Shown: positions 39,352 through 48,669, counted from the stretch's first letter. The stretch is 64,000 bases of DNA from Verrucomicrobiota bacterium (GCA_023430825.1 JAEYYL010000003.1:3791-67790), one strand, 5' to 3'. The notes: generated by a model from the letters alone, not told the origin. A program made the numbers and translations.

Positions 39352-39429
39352 GTCCCCATCGTCTAGCCCGGTCTAGGACACTACCCTTTCACGGTAAGAA
39401 CCGGGGTTCGAATCCCCGTGGGGACGCCA
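39352..39429 (+). tRNA. tRNA-Glu (anticodon UUC), CCA encoded
   Basis: GTCCCCA acceptor pairs with TGGGGAC. Anticodon loop CTTTCAC. T-arm CGGGGTTCGAATCCCCG. Close resemblance to canonical bacterial tRNA-Glu. One C-A mismatch at the top of the anticodon stem. Confidence 0.9.
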
Positions 39430-39618
39430 ACTCAACAAGTTGCGCAAGCAGCTGAAATCACAGGAGATGCGCCGGATTCCGGTTCATCTCCTGTTTCGTA
39501 TCCGGGTGACGGAGCATACAAGTTCTATGCTCCGCCCGAGGAAGAAAAATCGTCCGCCGCAGAAAAAACGTCGGCTGACCTTAGACTGGCTCTTCCGGAT
39601 TTCCCAGAGGACGGGAAC

Positions 39619-40974
39619 GTGGCCAAGCTTCGTTCCAGTCCGGCAGCAATCAAATCCGTCCAAAATCGGTCGGGTTCGTGGAGCTATCGCGTGACCGTCA
39701 CGATCGCAGGACGTCAGAGGAAGAAGGTTTTTCAGTCGGAGGAAGAAGCGCTGGAGTTGCAGGAAACGTGGGAGAACGAACGCGTGCATGGCGCGGCTGC
39801 CGCACGCCCCAAAATGACGTCGCTGGAGAAAGCTCAGCTGAAAGACGCTGAGGCCGCTGCGCTCGTGCTCAAACCAACCGGGTTTTCGCTGCTGGAGGCC
39901 GCGCAATATGTGGCCGGACTGGATCGGCTTCGTTTGCAGGATGCCCAAAAGGCACTTCGGCTGGTGGAGGGGGAGCCGTTCAGCATCACCGACGCGGTCA
40001 AATTCGCGATGGCGCACAACCTTCAAACGACAGACTTCTCCAACACCGTTTACAGCGAGGGGCTCAAGGCGTATCTTGAGGATAGGAAAAACCACATTTC
40101 GAAAGCCCATTATCAGCGCGCATCCCAGCGCGGTCGGAGCTTTGGCGAATTCATCGGGCCGATGGTTATTCGTGACATTCCAGGGACAACAAAGGCCCTT
40201 GAGTGGGTGAAGTCGCGAGCAATGCCCGATGGCATTCTGACCTCCAAAGCGACTTGGAATAAACTCGTGACCGACCTTGCCACCATTTTCGGCTTTTTCG
40301 TGAAGAAGAAGTGGTGCTCCACAAATCCATTTTCAGATATCTCGCGCTACTCGAAAAAATCCATCGGCTCCCGGCAGCGCTTGCGACTGGAGGTTGGGGA
40401 TTGTGCCGCGCTTCTCGCGTTCCTTGAAGAGAAGCACCCGAAATGGTGCTGCTACTTTGTTCTCACCCTGCTTCTGGGGGTGCGCCCTGACATGAGGACG
40501 GGCGAGATCCGGAAGCTGGCGGACTGCATCGCCCGCGACGGTGTGGCGCCTTACTACTCGAACGGATCCATCCACCTTTCCGCGGAGATTACGAAGGAGC
40601 AGGAACCCCGTGAGGTGAAGGTGCCCGCTAACGTCGCCGCATGGCTCGAAAAGTATCCACTGACGCCGGAGAATATCTGTCCAGGGGACTACAAGGACGA
40701 CGATCTTCGCGCGATTCGAAAGCTGTTCCGCATCCCGCATGACGGACTCCGGCACACCGCCATCAGCGCTTTCATGGCAATGCCGGGCAACAGCTACGAC
40801 AAAGCGGCCGACCAGTTCGGAAATTCGGAGCCGATCATCAAGAAGCACTATCTGCGCCGGATGTCGCCCGAAGAGGGGCAGCAGTTCCACGCCATCATGC
40901 CGAAACGGGTCTTGAAATCCTCGCCTGAGTGCGAACACACGACCGCAGCCGAGCCGGCACTACATGCTTCGTAG
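39619..40974 (+). CDS. int: tyrosine-type site-specific integrase
   Basis: C-terminal catalytic region ...HDGLRHTAISAF... and ...IIKKHYLR. AP2/Arm-like N-domain (SGSWSYRVTVTIAGRQRKKVFQSEEEA). The track ORF starts inside the tRNA (39418). GTG at 39619 with GAGGA 7 nt upstream is my preferred start, but this is uncertain. Confidence 0.85.
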   Translation: MAKLRSSPAAIKSVQNRSGSWSYRVTVTIAGRQRKKVFQSEEEALELQETWENERVHGAAAARPKMTSLEKAQLKDAEAAALVLKPTGFSLLEAAQYVAGLDRLRLQDAQKALRLVEGEPFSITDAVKFAMAHNLQTTDFSNTVYSEGLKAYLEDRKNHISKAHYQRASQRGRSFGEFIGPMVIRDIPGTTKALEWVKSRAMPDGILTSKATWNKLVTDLATIFGFFVKKKWCSTNPFSDISRYSKKSIGSRQRLRLEVGDCAALLAFLEEKHPKWCCYFVLTLLLGVRPDMRTGEIRKLADCIARDGVAPYYSNGSIHLSAEITKEQEPREVKVPANVAAWLEKYPLTPENICPGDYKDDDLRAIRKLFRIPHDGLRHTAISAFMAMPGNSYDKAADQFGNSEPIIKKHYLRRMSPEEGQQFHAIMPKRVLKSSPECEHTTAAEPALHAS

Positions 40975-41061
40975 AAGTGCGAGGGTGGCGCGTGAAAGAG
41001 AGATGTCGACGGCCGTGTCGCTCGACGTTACTTTCGGCAATGTAACCTCAGACTTCCAGCT

Positions 41062-41271
41062 ATGCCGAAATCCAAATCGAAAGAGTTCGCCGCGAAACGT
41101 AAGTTCAACCTGCGCCGCGACGCGACCGTCGCCACCGGACAGAGAAAGATCGAGGAGGTGTTTGGCCTCCCAGAGGGTTCTGTGAACCTGCACCTACCGA
41201 ACGGTCGCCGGGCTCGCGGCGACAAGAGTATTGACGCGCTGCTCGCCGACTGGAATCCGAACGGACGGTAG
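41062..41271 (+). CDS. small basic hypothetical protein (69 aa)
   Basis: ATG-initiated ORF. Lys/Arg-rich N-terminus. No family recognised. Confidence 0.4.
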   Translation: MPKSKSKEFAAKRKFNLRRDATVATGQRKIEEVFGLPEGSVNLHLPNGRRARGDKSIDALLADWNPNGR

Positions 41272-41320
41272 CAGCCGGCAAGCGGAAGGTGGGCTCGGCA
41301 ACCTGAGGATCGTGCCACCC

Positions 41321-42310
41321 ATGAGCACCCGATCATACGACGACTGGACTCAGTTTGTCTGGGCTCTGGAAGCGATCATCAAAAAGCACGGAATCGATAT
41401 CGCGCCTCATTCGGCGTGCGAAACGGCCGCTCTCTCGTTGATCGAAATGAATGAAGTTCGTGAGGGCCGAACCTGTCACGATCCGCGAACTGATCACCGT
41501 GAGCTTTGGAGCCGCGCACTGAGTTTTGGCGACCTGGCTGAGAAGATCGTGTTGGCGAGAAATCGACCGGGTTTCGAGCGACTGATTCCTCACCTCAAGC
41601 TGTTGGCAGGGGCTTCAGACCTATCGCAGTTCTCGGTTACCAACCGGGAGAATCAGGACAATAACAAGGCGTTCGAACTGTACGTCGGGACGATGGCGCT
41701 TCAGGTGTTGGACGATTGCGAGTTCGACCATCCTGAGGTTTCAGAAGGGGACAACCCGGACATCATTGGCAGCTTCGCCGGGCATCGGTGGGCAATCGCA
41801 TGCAAGGCCATGCACACCCGAAATCCGAAGACGTTTGCGGACCGCGTGGCTGAAGGAGTTGAGCAGATTCAGCGCAGCGGCGCTGAACGCGGATTTGTGA
41901 TGGTGAATATGAAGAATACCGTCGACCACCGTAGGTACTGGCCGGCGATGCGTGATCCCGATTCAGGGGAGTTCGTGTATTGTGCGTTTCCCTCGCTCGA
42001 CAGCGCCCGCGCACGAATTGTCGCAGAATACGAGAGCTTCCACCGTGATCTCGCGGAGCAATTTGGAGGCATCGAGAACTTCTTCCGCAGTATATTTGTT
42101 GGGAAGAAAGCCTCGCCGCACGTCCTTCTCGTTTATTCAACGGTGACCGGCTATGAGACCGGCGTCGGCCCCGCGTTCACCATGCTCCGCACAATGTATG
42201 GTATCTACGGGCCGCCTGATGCGGAGACCGAGCACTTAGTCGAGTCCCTCAACAACGCGCTGCACAACGCAGCTGATTCTCCCGTGGTCCGCGCCCAAGA
42301 AATCAAGTGA
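41321..42310 (+). CDS. hypothetical protein (329 aa)
   Basis: ATG at 41321 with GAGGA upstream. Globular composition. There is a weak, degenerate PD-(D/E)xK-like pattern (FELY...NPDII...AIACK). Confidence 0.55.
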   Translation: MSTRSYDDWTQFVWALEAIIKKHGIDIAPHSACETAALSLIEMNEVREGRTCHDPRTDHRELWSRALSFGDLAEKIVLARNRPGFERLIPHLKLLAGASDLSQFSVTNRENQDNNKAFELYVGTMALQVLDDCEFDHPEVSEGDNPDIIGSFAGHRWAIACKAMHTRNPKTFADRVAEGVEQIQRSGAERGFVMVNMKNTVDHRRYWPAMRDPDSGEFVYCAFPSLDSARARIVAEYESFHRDLAEQFGGIENFFRSIFVGKKASPHVLLVYSTVTGYETGVGPAFTMLRTMYGIYGPPDAETEHLVESLNNALHNAADSPVVRAQEIK

Positions 42311-42564
42311 CCTTACGAAGCACTCCGATTGGGAACAGAGGTGTCACGCTGTCCTGTGCCGACCAACGCTTGCGGAGGCTTTGACCGCAGCTGCGTGGAC
42401 GGCGTCACCGTCAGTCTGGCACCATCGGAGCGCCGATGACCCAGAACCCCAGCCCGCATGTCGACATCCGCACAGTCCAGCAGCTCCTCAGCCCCTCGGA
42501 TGAGCCGGAACCTTCATCCTAAAATCCGCGGCTGATCGAGAACCTGATTCGGGAGGGCGATCAG

Positions 42565-43632
42565 GTGGTGCTGGCGGGCGCGCCGAAATCCGGGAAATCC
42601 TTCTTTGCCTTCCAACTCGCGATGGCGGTGGCTCAGGGGCGGAATCATCAGGGTGACCGCTGGTTTCTGCTGCCCGACTTTACGCTACCCGAACAGGCCA
42701 AACGGAACGTGCTGTTCTTCTCGCTCGAAATGGGCGCCGGCGTCGTGCGGTCGCGCTTACGGCCCTGGAAAGGTGTGTCGTCTGGGGCCGACGTGAACAT
42801 CGAGACGATGGAGCAGCTGAAGTTCGTGTTCAATGTTGGCGGGCGATCTACACTCGATCTCGGCGACTCCAGAGGGGACGTGTACGGAGCTGTCCGAGAT
42901 CTCATCAAACACGAGAAGCCGCACCTCGTTGTGTTCGACACCTTCGTTCGGGTTCACGGCCTGGATGAGAACGACAACGTGCGGATGGCGGCTCTCATGC
43001 AGAATCTGCTGAATCTGTGCGAAATTCCCGATGAGCAGCGTCCTGGCCGCACCCGCCGAATCGCGCATCTGATCGTTCACCACCTGCGCAAACCGGGCAA
43101 AGAGACTTACTGGAACAGCAGCGTTATCGACGCAGTACGTGGAGCCGGCTCCATCATCGGTGCGGCGGATCTGATCCTCGGGATGGCCGTCGACCGAAAC
43201 GAGCGGCGCAAGCTGGAGTTCTGCTGCCGGCACCTCCCGCAAATGGACGATATCGAACTCGAATCGTGCGAGGTGCCCCCGCGGACCGGCACTGAGCGGC
43301 GATCGGGACGGGACTCGATGCTTCTTTTCTCAAAGGCACCAGAGAAGCCCAAATTTGAACAACCAGTAGCTCGTAAACTTCGTGCGCCGACTCAGCGTGC
43401 CGTCGACGCGGTTAAGCAGATACTCGAAACGACGTTTCAAGGCGCCGAGGTGGGCACCAAGGTCACGGTTCGGGAAGCTCTTGAACTGCTGCCCCCTGAC
43501 GTCGATGTGAACGGCGGGACGCTCTGTGATCACGGCAAGGCGGTGCGTGCGAACGGATGGGTATACCGTGGGAAAAAGGGCAGCAAGGCGCAGGCCCAGT
43601 GTTGGTGGGAGAGAAAATCCTCAGACTCCTAA
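42565..43632 (+). CDS. AAA_25/RepA-like RecA-fold ATPase, apparently 5'-interrupted
   Basis: Walker A GAPKSGKS is only 4 residues after the track start. Walker B LVVFD. The same frame upstream (ATG 42436 with GGAG SD) encodes the expected N-terminus but is broken by TAA at 42520-42522. Confidence 0.7.
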   Translation: MVLAGAPKSGKSFFAFQLAMAVAQGRNHQGDRWFLLPDFTLPEQAKRNVLFFSLEMGAGVVRSRLRPWKGVSSGADVNIETMEQLKFVFNVGGRSTLDLGDSRGDVYGAVRDLIKHEKPHLVVFDTFVRVHGLDENDNVRMAALMQNLLNLCEIPDEQRPGRTRRIAHLIVHHLRKPGKETYWNSSVIDAVRGAGSIIGAADLILGMAVDRNERRKLEFCCRHLPQMDDIELESCEVPPRTGTERRSGRDSMLLFSKAPEKPKFEQPVARKLRAPTQRAVDAVKQILETTFQGAEVGTKVTVREALELLPPDVDVNGGTLCDHGKAVRANGWVYRGKKGSKAQAQCWWERKSSDS

Positions 43633-44152
43633 GGATAATTCTCTCTCAACACGGCGTGGGGGCTTGCAGCCGCCCACGTCTGACCGTGGTCAACCAGGTC
43701 TCAAAGATCGATCTTCTCGCGATCAATTTGCTCGAAGGAATCCGTCGCGAACCGACGGGACCTGATTTGGCTGGGCAAAATTGCCGCCAAACCCTCCGGA
43801 CCTGCCGCGAAACCCGGCAGATTTCTGCTCAATCACGCAAACCCAACTCCGGGCCATCGGATTGGGATTTGCGTGATCGAGAAGGAATGTGTCGGTAAGC
43901 GGCAGCCCCTCCACATCAGACCGCAAACCCGCAGGGTGGCGGATCACCAGGCTCAGTCCGAAATGTCCTCGTGGGCCACTTCGTGACCCAGTCGGACGGC
44001 TAAACTCCCCTCTGGCGAGTGGAGGTTTTCGATCCCGGAGCATGCGCATGCTCCGTTTCAAACCTCAGAACGGTGAACGTTCACATGCCGCCCGATCGCG
44101 GCAGCGCAATCCGGCACTCCGGGCTTACATGCCCGTGATTACGCGATCTAAA

Positions 44153-44644
44153 ATGGATATACGCCTCAATAACCCCGCTGAAACGGCGGCGTTCTACCTC
44201 GGTCTGGCAATCAACCATTTCGTCTCGACCGCCGACCATGTCGGAATCGCATCGATCATGGCGGAAGGTAACGACCAGCCCTTCGTTATCATCCCGGTCA
44301 ACAAGACGAGCGCCGTCGACCAGGAAAACGTCCGACGGCTTCGCGATCGACTGCTGTGGATGAAACCGCTGTTGCTCCGCAACGGCATCCAAGTCTCCCT
44401 CGATGATAAGCCCGTCACGACGAGCGGAGACTTTGAAACGTACCGACTGACCGTACCGGTCAAGGTCAACGATATGCTTCTGCTCGCTGGGGCCGTAGCC
44501 GCCGCCGGCGAGCCGACGGGCTGGGGAACGTGCAAACGTGACGTCGATCGTCTGCTCGCGCTGAATCCCAAGCTGCGAGAGCAGTTTCAAGCATTCCGCA
44601 AAGACGTCGCGCCGCACCTGACGTTCGCCGGCCCGAGGAACTGA
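44153..44644 (+). CDS. hypothetical protein
   Basis: The protein-like part of ORF 43889-44644 starts at ATG 44129 or 44153. It ends 2 nt before the DUF5131 gene. Confidence 0.45.
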   Translation: MDIRLNNPAETAAFYLGLAINHFVSTADHVGIASIMAEGNDQPFVIIPVNKTSAVDQENVRRLRDRLLWMKPLLLRNGIQVSLDDKPVTTSGDFETYRLTVPVKVNDMLLLAGAVAAAGEPTGWGTCKRDVDRLLALNPKLREQFQAFRKDVAPHLTFAGPRN

Positions 44645-44646
44645 TC

Positions 44647-45375
44647 ATGGAAAATTCATCGATTCCGTGGACGGATCACACGTTCAATCCTTGGATCGGG
44701 TGCGCCCGCGTGTCCCCCGGCTGTGAGCATTGTTACGCTGAAACCTTAATGGAAACCCGCTACAAACGGGTGTCTTGGGGGCCGGGCGGAACGCGGGTAA
44801 AGACGTCTCCCGCGAACTGGAAGAAGCCCCGGCAATGGAACGCGAGGGCTGACGCGCTCGGCATTCGGTATCGAGTATTCTGCGCGTCGCTTGCCGACGT
44901 GTTCGAATCCCGTCCGGAACTCGTTCCGTGGCGGGACGAATTGCACCAGCTCATTCGAGATACTCCCAACCTCGATTGGCTCGTGCTCACGAAGCGGCCG
45001 GAGATCGCGGCGGATTATTACCAGCGCAACGGCATTCCTCGAAACGTCTGGGCTGGCGCGACCGTTGAGGATCACGACCGCGCCGAACAGCGCATCCCCG
45101 TGTTGCGGACGATTCCGGCAAGGGTTCGCTTCGTCAGCGCCGAACCCCTCCTCGCTGACCTTGGTAAGCTTGATCTCACCGGGATTGGCTGGGTCATCGT
45201 CGGTGGTGAAAGTGGTCCGGGCTTTCGGACCATGGCCCCCGAATGGGCCCGTCGCATCCGCGATCAATGTGAACGGAAGAACGTTCCGTTCTTCTTCAAA
45301 CAATGGTCGGCGCCTGCCGCGGGCAGCCGGGGTCATGAACTTGATGGCGTGGTTCACCACGCCTTTCCGGTGTAG
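44647..45375 (+). CDS. DUF5131 (phage Gp37/Gp68 family) three-Cys-motif protein
   Basis: N-terminus IPWTDHTFNPWIGCARVSPGCEHCYAE is the family signature. C-terminus ...GGESGPG...FFFKQW. Confidence 0.8.
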   Translation: MENSSIPWTDHTFNPWIGCARVSPGCEHCYAETLMETRYKRVSWGPGGTRVKTSPANWKKPRQWNARADALGIRYRVFCASLADVFESRPELVPWRDELHQLIRDTPNLDWLVLTKRPEIAADYYQRNGIPRNVWAGATVEDHDRAEQRIPVLRTIPARVRFVSAEPLLADLGKLDLTGIGWVIVGGESGPGFRTMAPEWARRIRDQCERKNVPFFFKQWSAPAAGSRGHELDGVVHHAFPV

Positions 45376-45390
45376 CCGGATCACATGGAG

Positions 45391-45428
45391 CAGGGCAGCC
45401 GGGTCCCACCGGCTGCCCTGTCTTTTTT
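45391..45428 (+). terminator. Rho-independent terminator after the DUF5131 gene
   Basis: Perfect 12-bp stem cagggcagccgg / ccggctgccctg with a 6-nt loop, then TCTTTTTT. Confidence 0.85.
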
Positions 45429-45516
45429 GAAAAAAGTTCGTGCGGCCTCTTGCGCGAATTGCGGTGCGTTCCAAACGGGAACCAGACCCGAAACCGCACA
45501 GTATAACGATAACCTC

Positions 45517-46455
45517 ATGAAAACCCGAGCAAATCCACCCGCTGTTCAAGAGGACGGCGCTCAAGATCAAACGACCACAGGGACCGGCCTCCCGGAGGCA
45601 CCCTCCATCGTGAGCCTTGAGGACGCAGAAAACCAGCTCCGCGCTGTTGCAGCACGATACAACCAATCCGGCGATGAGCAGTTCGCCGTATTGAAGATGA
45701 TCTGCTTCTTAATTTTCAGCCTCAAACAGCTCTTCGAGAAAACGCCTCGCAAGCTCCGCCCGCGTGACGCTCGCACTTGGGCGAAATACGCGCCGGCTGT
45801 GGCGAAGCGGTGCGGTCTGCGTTTCAAATCGGACCGGATGGCGGACCATTATGTCCGCCTCCATTCCGATATGAAGGCGGCCGGCGTGGATGAAATTCAG
45901 AAACGCGTTTCTGACGGATCGTATCGCGAGGCGCGCAAAGCGGCAAACGACCTGCTCAACAAAACCGGGAAGAAGCTTGGCGGACCCTCCTCGTGCGCAC
46001 TGCTCCAACAGGCAGCGCGGCTCATCAGTAAAGCCATGGAGGAAGCGTCGGGAGAGGGTCATCTTCGCTCGTTGGCATCTGCTCACAAAACCGTGAGCAA
46101 TGCGTCCCGCGCCGATCGCCTGCGAAGCAAGGATGTCGTGCCGGAGTTGGGCACATTTGGTCTCCCGGACGTTGTGCGGCACCGGATCAACTTCGCCGTC
46201 CGAGCCGCTTCTGGTGATCCCGTCGCCGCCGGCGTGCACGCGCTGGAACAGTCGCTTTTCGATGGGACACACGAAAAAGGCGCCATTGCTTTGCCTGCCT
46301 GGTCGAAGCCGGCGGACGTCAATCTTCCGCCCACACCGGATGGTGCAGCAAAGTGGCTGGAGAGCTGGCTGGTTCTGCGGAGTGCGCTGATCGCGGCACT
46401 GATTCGGAAGTTCGACGGTTCGCCGAAGCCGGGTGCCACCGAAGCGACGGGCTAA
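45517..46455 (+). CDS. hypothetical protein (312 aa)
   Basis: ATG at 45517 lies downstream of the terminator. The track start at 45385 would span that terminator. No motif recognised. Confidence 0.5.
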   Translation: MKTRANPPAVQEDGAQDQTTTGTGLPEAPSIVSLEDAENQLRAVAARYNQSGDEQFAVLKMICFLIFSLKQLFEKTPRKLRPRDARTWAKYAPAVAKRCGLRFKSDRMADHYVRLHSDMKAAGVDEIQKRVSDGSYREARKAANDLLNKTGKKLGGPSSCALLQQAARLISKAMEEASGEGHLRSLASAHKTVSNASRADRLRSKDVVPELGTFGLPDVVRHRINFAVRAASGDPVAAGVHALEQSLFDGTHEKGAIALPAWSKPADVNLPPTPDGAAKWLESWLVLRSALIAALIRKFDGSPKPGATEATG

Positions 46456-46464
46456 TCGAGGTAA

Positions 46465-46490
46465 GCGGTCGTCCGTAAGCGGACGACCGC
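46465..46490. terminator. bidirectional stem-loop between convergent genes
   Basis: Perfect 11-bp stem gcggtcgtccg / cggacgaccgc with a 4-nt loop. Confidence 0.6.
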
Positions 46491-46494
46491 CTAC

Positions 46495-47637
46495 TCATGA
46501 TTCGTCATGCGCTTTCTTTTGCTCCTCGGTCAGTCGATCATGATGAAGCTCCCGCAGAGCCGAAAATGCGGCGAGCATCTCGTGCGTTTCATCCGACGGG
46601 TGAGCATCAGCCATCTGCTTCAGGCCTTCCGATGCGACAAGGAGGTCGTCTTCGACACGCAGCCACTCTTCCAATTCCTCAGGGATGAGCGGCGTTGAAC
46701 TCCAAGCATGGATCGTTCGTGTGACCGCCTGCACAACCGCCCGCACGTCCTTTTCATTCTCACGCTGGTGAAAACGTTTCCACCAATCCTTCACCAACGC
46801 TCGGTGCAGTAGGTCCGCATCATACCGTTTGGGTCCGCGCTTGTAGAGCACGGTTATCGTCCTGATCTCGTTTTTCCGACGGCGCCGGCGCGGGAACAAA
46901 GGGTGTTGGCCGCCCCAGGGTTGGCGCGCTGCCGGACGCCGCGGTGCAGAGCGGCGAGAACCACTCGTCTTGACCTTCCATCGGTAGCTTCGAAATGCCT
47001 TCAGAAGATCCGCAATCTCCGGCTCACGATCCTCGGAAACGCGCTCCAACAGCATCTCCACCAAGTGCGCGTTGCCGAGCTTACGACGCTCCTCGGCCCT
47101 ATTCTCCGACATCGTGGTCATCTGATCGTAGCCGGAAAGCGCCCTCTCTTCATTGATCTCGCCCTCGACCCGGTCAGCGACCGCGACCATGACGCGCCGC
47201 GGGTTCGAACGATTCGGCAAGTAGCTCTTCAGCGCCATGCCAGTCGGCCCATCATTGAGCAGCAAGATGTGGAGATCTTGCAGCCCATGACAGCCGATCA
47301 ATGCAACACGAGCGCGCATCTGCCTCACGATTTCGCGCCCCATTTGAAGCATCTCTTGTTGATCTCGAAACGCACGCCTTGCGCCGTGTCTGTCCACGGG
47401 ATGAGCGGTGATTTCCCAAGCCGCATGAAGCAATTTCGGGCCCCGCCCACGCGGGCGCGTGAACAGCTCACGCGCCCGCTGAACAAACTCCTCTCCCTCG
47501 TGAACTCCGACCCACTCGACGCGCACCTTCAACTCCTTGGCTTCGTGCTCCCCGTCGGCATCGGTGATATAATCCCGACGGGGAACGACGCGGTGCATAG
47601 GAACGTAATCGATTTCAGAGCGCATCGTGTGCACCAC
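46495..47637 (-). CDS. hypothetical protein, possibly a divergent MobA/VirD2-type relaxase
   Basis: 380-aa ORF. LIGCHGLQDLHILLLN resembles relaxase motif III (HxDxxxxHxHxxxN) with the last His replaced. It is preceded by an RHH-like gene. Confidence 0.5.
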   Translation of the reverse strand: MVHTMRSEIDYVPMHRVVPRRDYITDADGEHEAKELKVRVEWVGVHEGEEFVQRARELFTRPRGRGPKLLHAAWEITAHPVDRHGARRAFRDQQEMLQMGREIVRQMRARVALIGCHGLQDLHILLLNDGPTGMALKSYLPNRSNPRRVMVAVADRVEGEINEERALSGYDQMTTMSENRAEERRKLGNAHLVEMLLERVSEDREPEIADLLKAFRSYRWKVKTSGSRRSAPRRPAARQPWGGQHPLFPRRRRRKNEIRTITVLYKRGPKRYDADLLHRALVKDWWKRFHQRENEKDVRAVVQAVTRTIHAWSSTPLIPEELEEWLRVEDDLLVASEGLKQMADAHPSDETHEMLAAFSALRELHHDRLTEEQKKAHDES

Positions 47638-48235
47638 CGCAGCCGAGGCGTTTCAGGACGCGCTGAGTTGTTTCATAGCCTTTCAGGCGCTTTTTCAGGT
47701 TCGCGAGTTTCTGTTGGTCCGCCTTTTCGTCTTCGACCTGTTTCCTGAGCCACTTGATATTTTCGCTGGTGAAATCGTGGCATTCGCACATCGCCTTGAA
47801 TTCCTCGGGGTCGAAGAACGTTTCTTTCGCCAAGTTCTGCGATGCGACCCACAGCGTGACGCAGCCCTCGCGGATTGCCTCAATCTGCTTCGCCTGCTGG
47901 TTGGCGTTCACCCGATAAAACGTGCCAGCTGCCTCGTTGAGCAGATTAAAAACCTTCACGAGGACCTTCTCGACTTGAGCGAAAGCGATGCCGGCTTCAG
48001 GCCCGTTCTGCGGCTGGACCAGCACCCACGCAATCTTCAGCCCAGCAGCCGTTGCGACCAGCCGCTCCAGCACCTCGCGAGCGCTGATGTTCAGCTTTTG
48101 TGCGATGGCGACGATGCGCATCCGCAGTTGGACGGAAGGGCGAACGGTGATGGTTTTGAACGGCAACTTCGCGAGTTTCTGATCGATGATATCGGTGAGC
48201 GCGTCGCTCCCGATCGGTTGGATTTCATCTGACAT
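47615..48235 (-). CDS. hypothetical protein with RHH-like (MobC-type) segment
   Basis: KTITVRPSVQLRMRIVAIAQKLNISAREVLERLV fits a beta-strand/helix/helix RHH pattern. It overlaps the downstream gene by 23 nt. Confidence 0.5.
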   Translation of the reverse strand: MSDEIQPIGSDALTDIIDQKLAKLPFKTITVRPSVQLRMRIVAIAQKLNISAREVLERLVATAAGLKIAWVLVQPQNGPEAGIAFAQVEKVLVKVFNLLNEAAGTFYRVNANQQAKQIEAIREGCVTLWVASQNLAKETFFDPEEFKAMCECHDFTSENIKWLRKQVEDEKADQQKLANLKKRLKGYETTQRVLKRLGCGGAHDAL

Positions 48236-48669
48236 GGTGATTTTGTTTTAGGTTAGCTCTACTCAAGCTGCCCTAATTCCTCTTCAGTGCGTCTCGCGCC
48301 GAAGTTCAGGGCAGATCGCCGCTGCCGATTCCGTCGTGCCGTTTCCGGCTCTTCAGCTCCGTCAGGGTCGATTCCCTCTCCTTGTATTTCCGGAAGCCCC
48401 CTCCAAGGCCCTCGCAGATCTTTTCTGGTATTTTTGCTGAGGGCCGCATGGCGCTACGCCGTCGCGGTGATTGAACCGGCAAACAGGTTGGGTCGATGCC
48501 CCCTCAGCCGGCGGTCGCCCATCTTGACCCCTGGTCCTCAACGCCGATCACCTCACGCACGCAACCGTCCTGAATGTCACGGCGCAATCACCTTGCCGAT
48601 TGCGTTCGGCCCGCCAAGCACTTCCAGATATTTCTTGACGTTTCAAGAAACATACCGGCATCTAGAGAA

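Noticed and set aside
37614-39455. 613-aa plus-strand ORF spanning the cupin and purC loci and running into the tRNA.
   Set aside because: It is antisense to two well-supported genes, overlaps the tRNA-Glu gene and has low-complexity composition.
43633-44128. About 500-nt gap with only weak ORFs (43557-43898 plus, 43723-44061 minus) and an imperfect hairpin at about 43656-43680, considered as a possible ncRNA or small gene.
   Set aside because: There is no recognisable RNA family signature or convincing coding pattern. It is left unannotated.
45385-45516. 5' extension of the 45385-46455 ORF.
   Set aside because: The extension would be translated through a strong intrinsic terminator (45391-45428). 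The ATG at 45517 is preferred.
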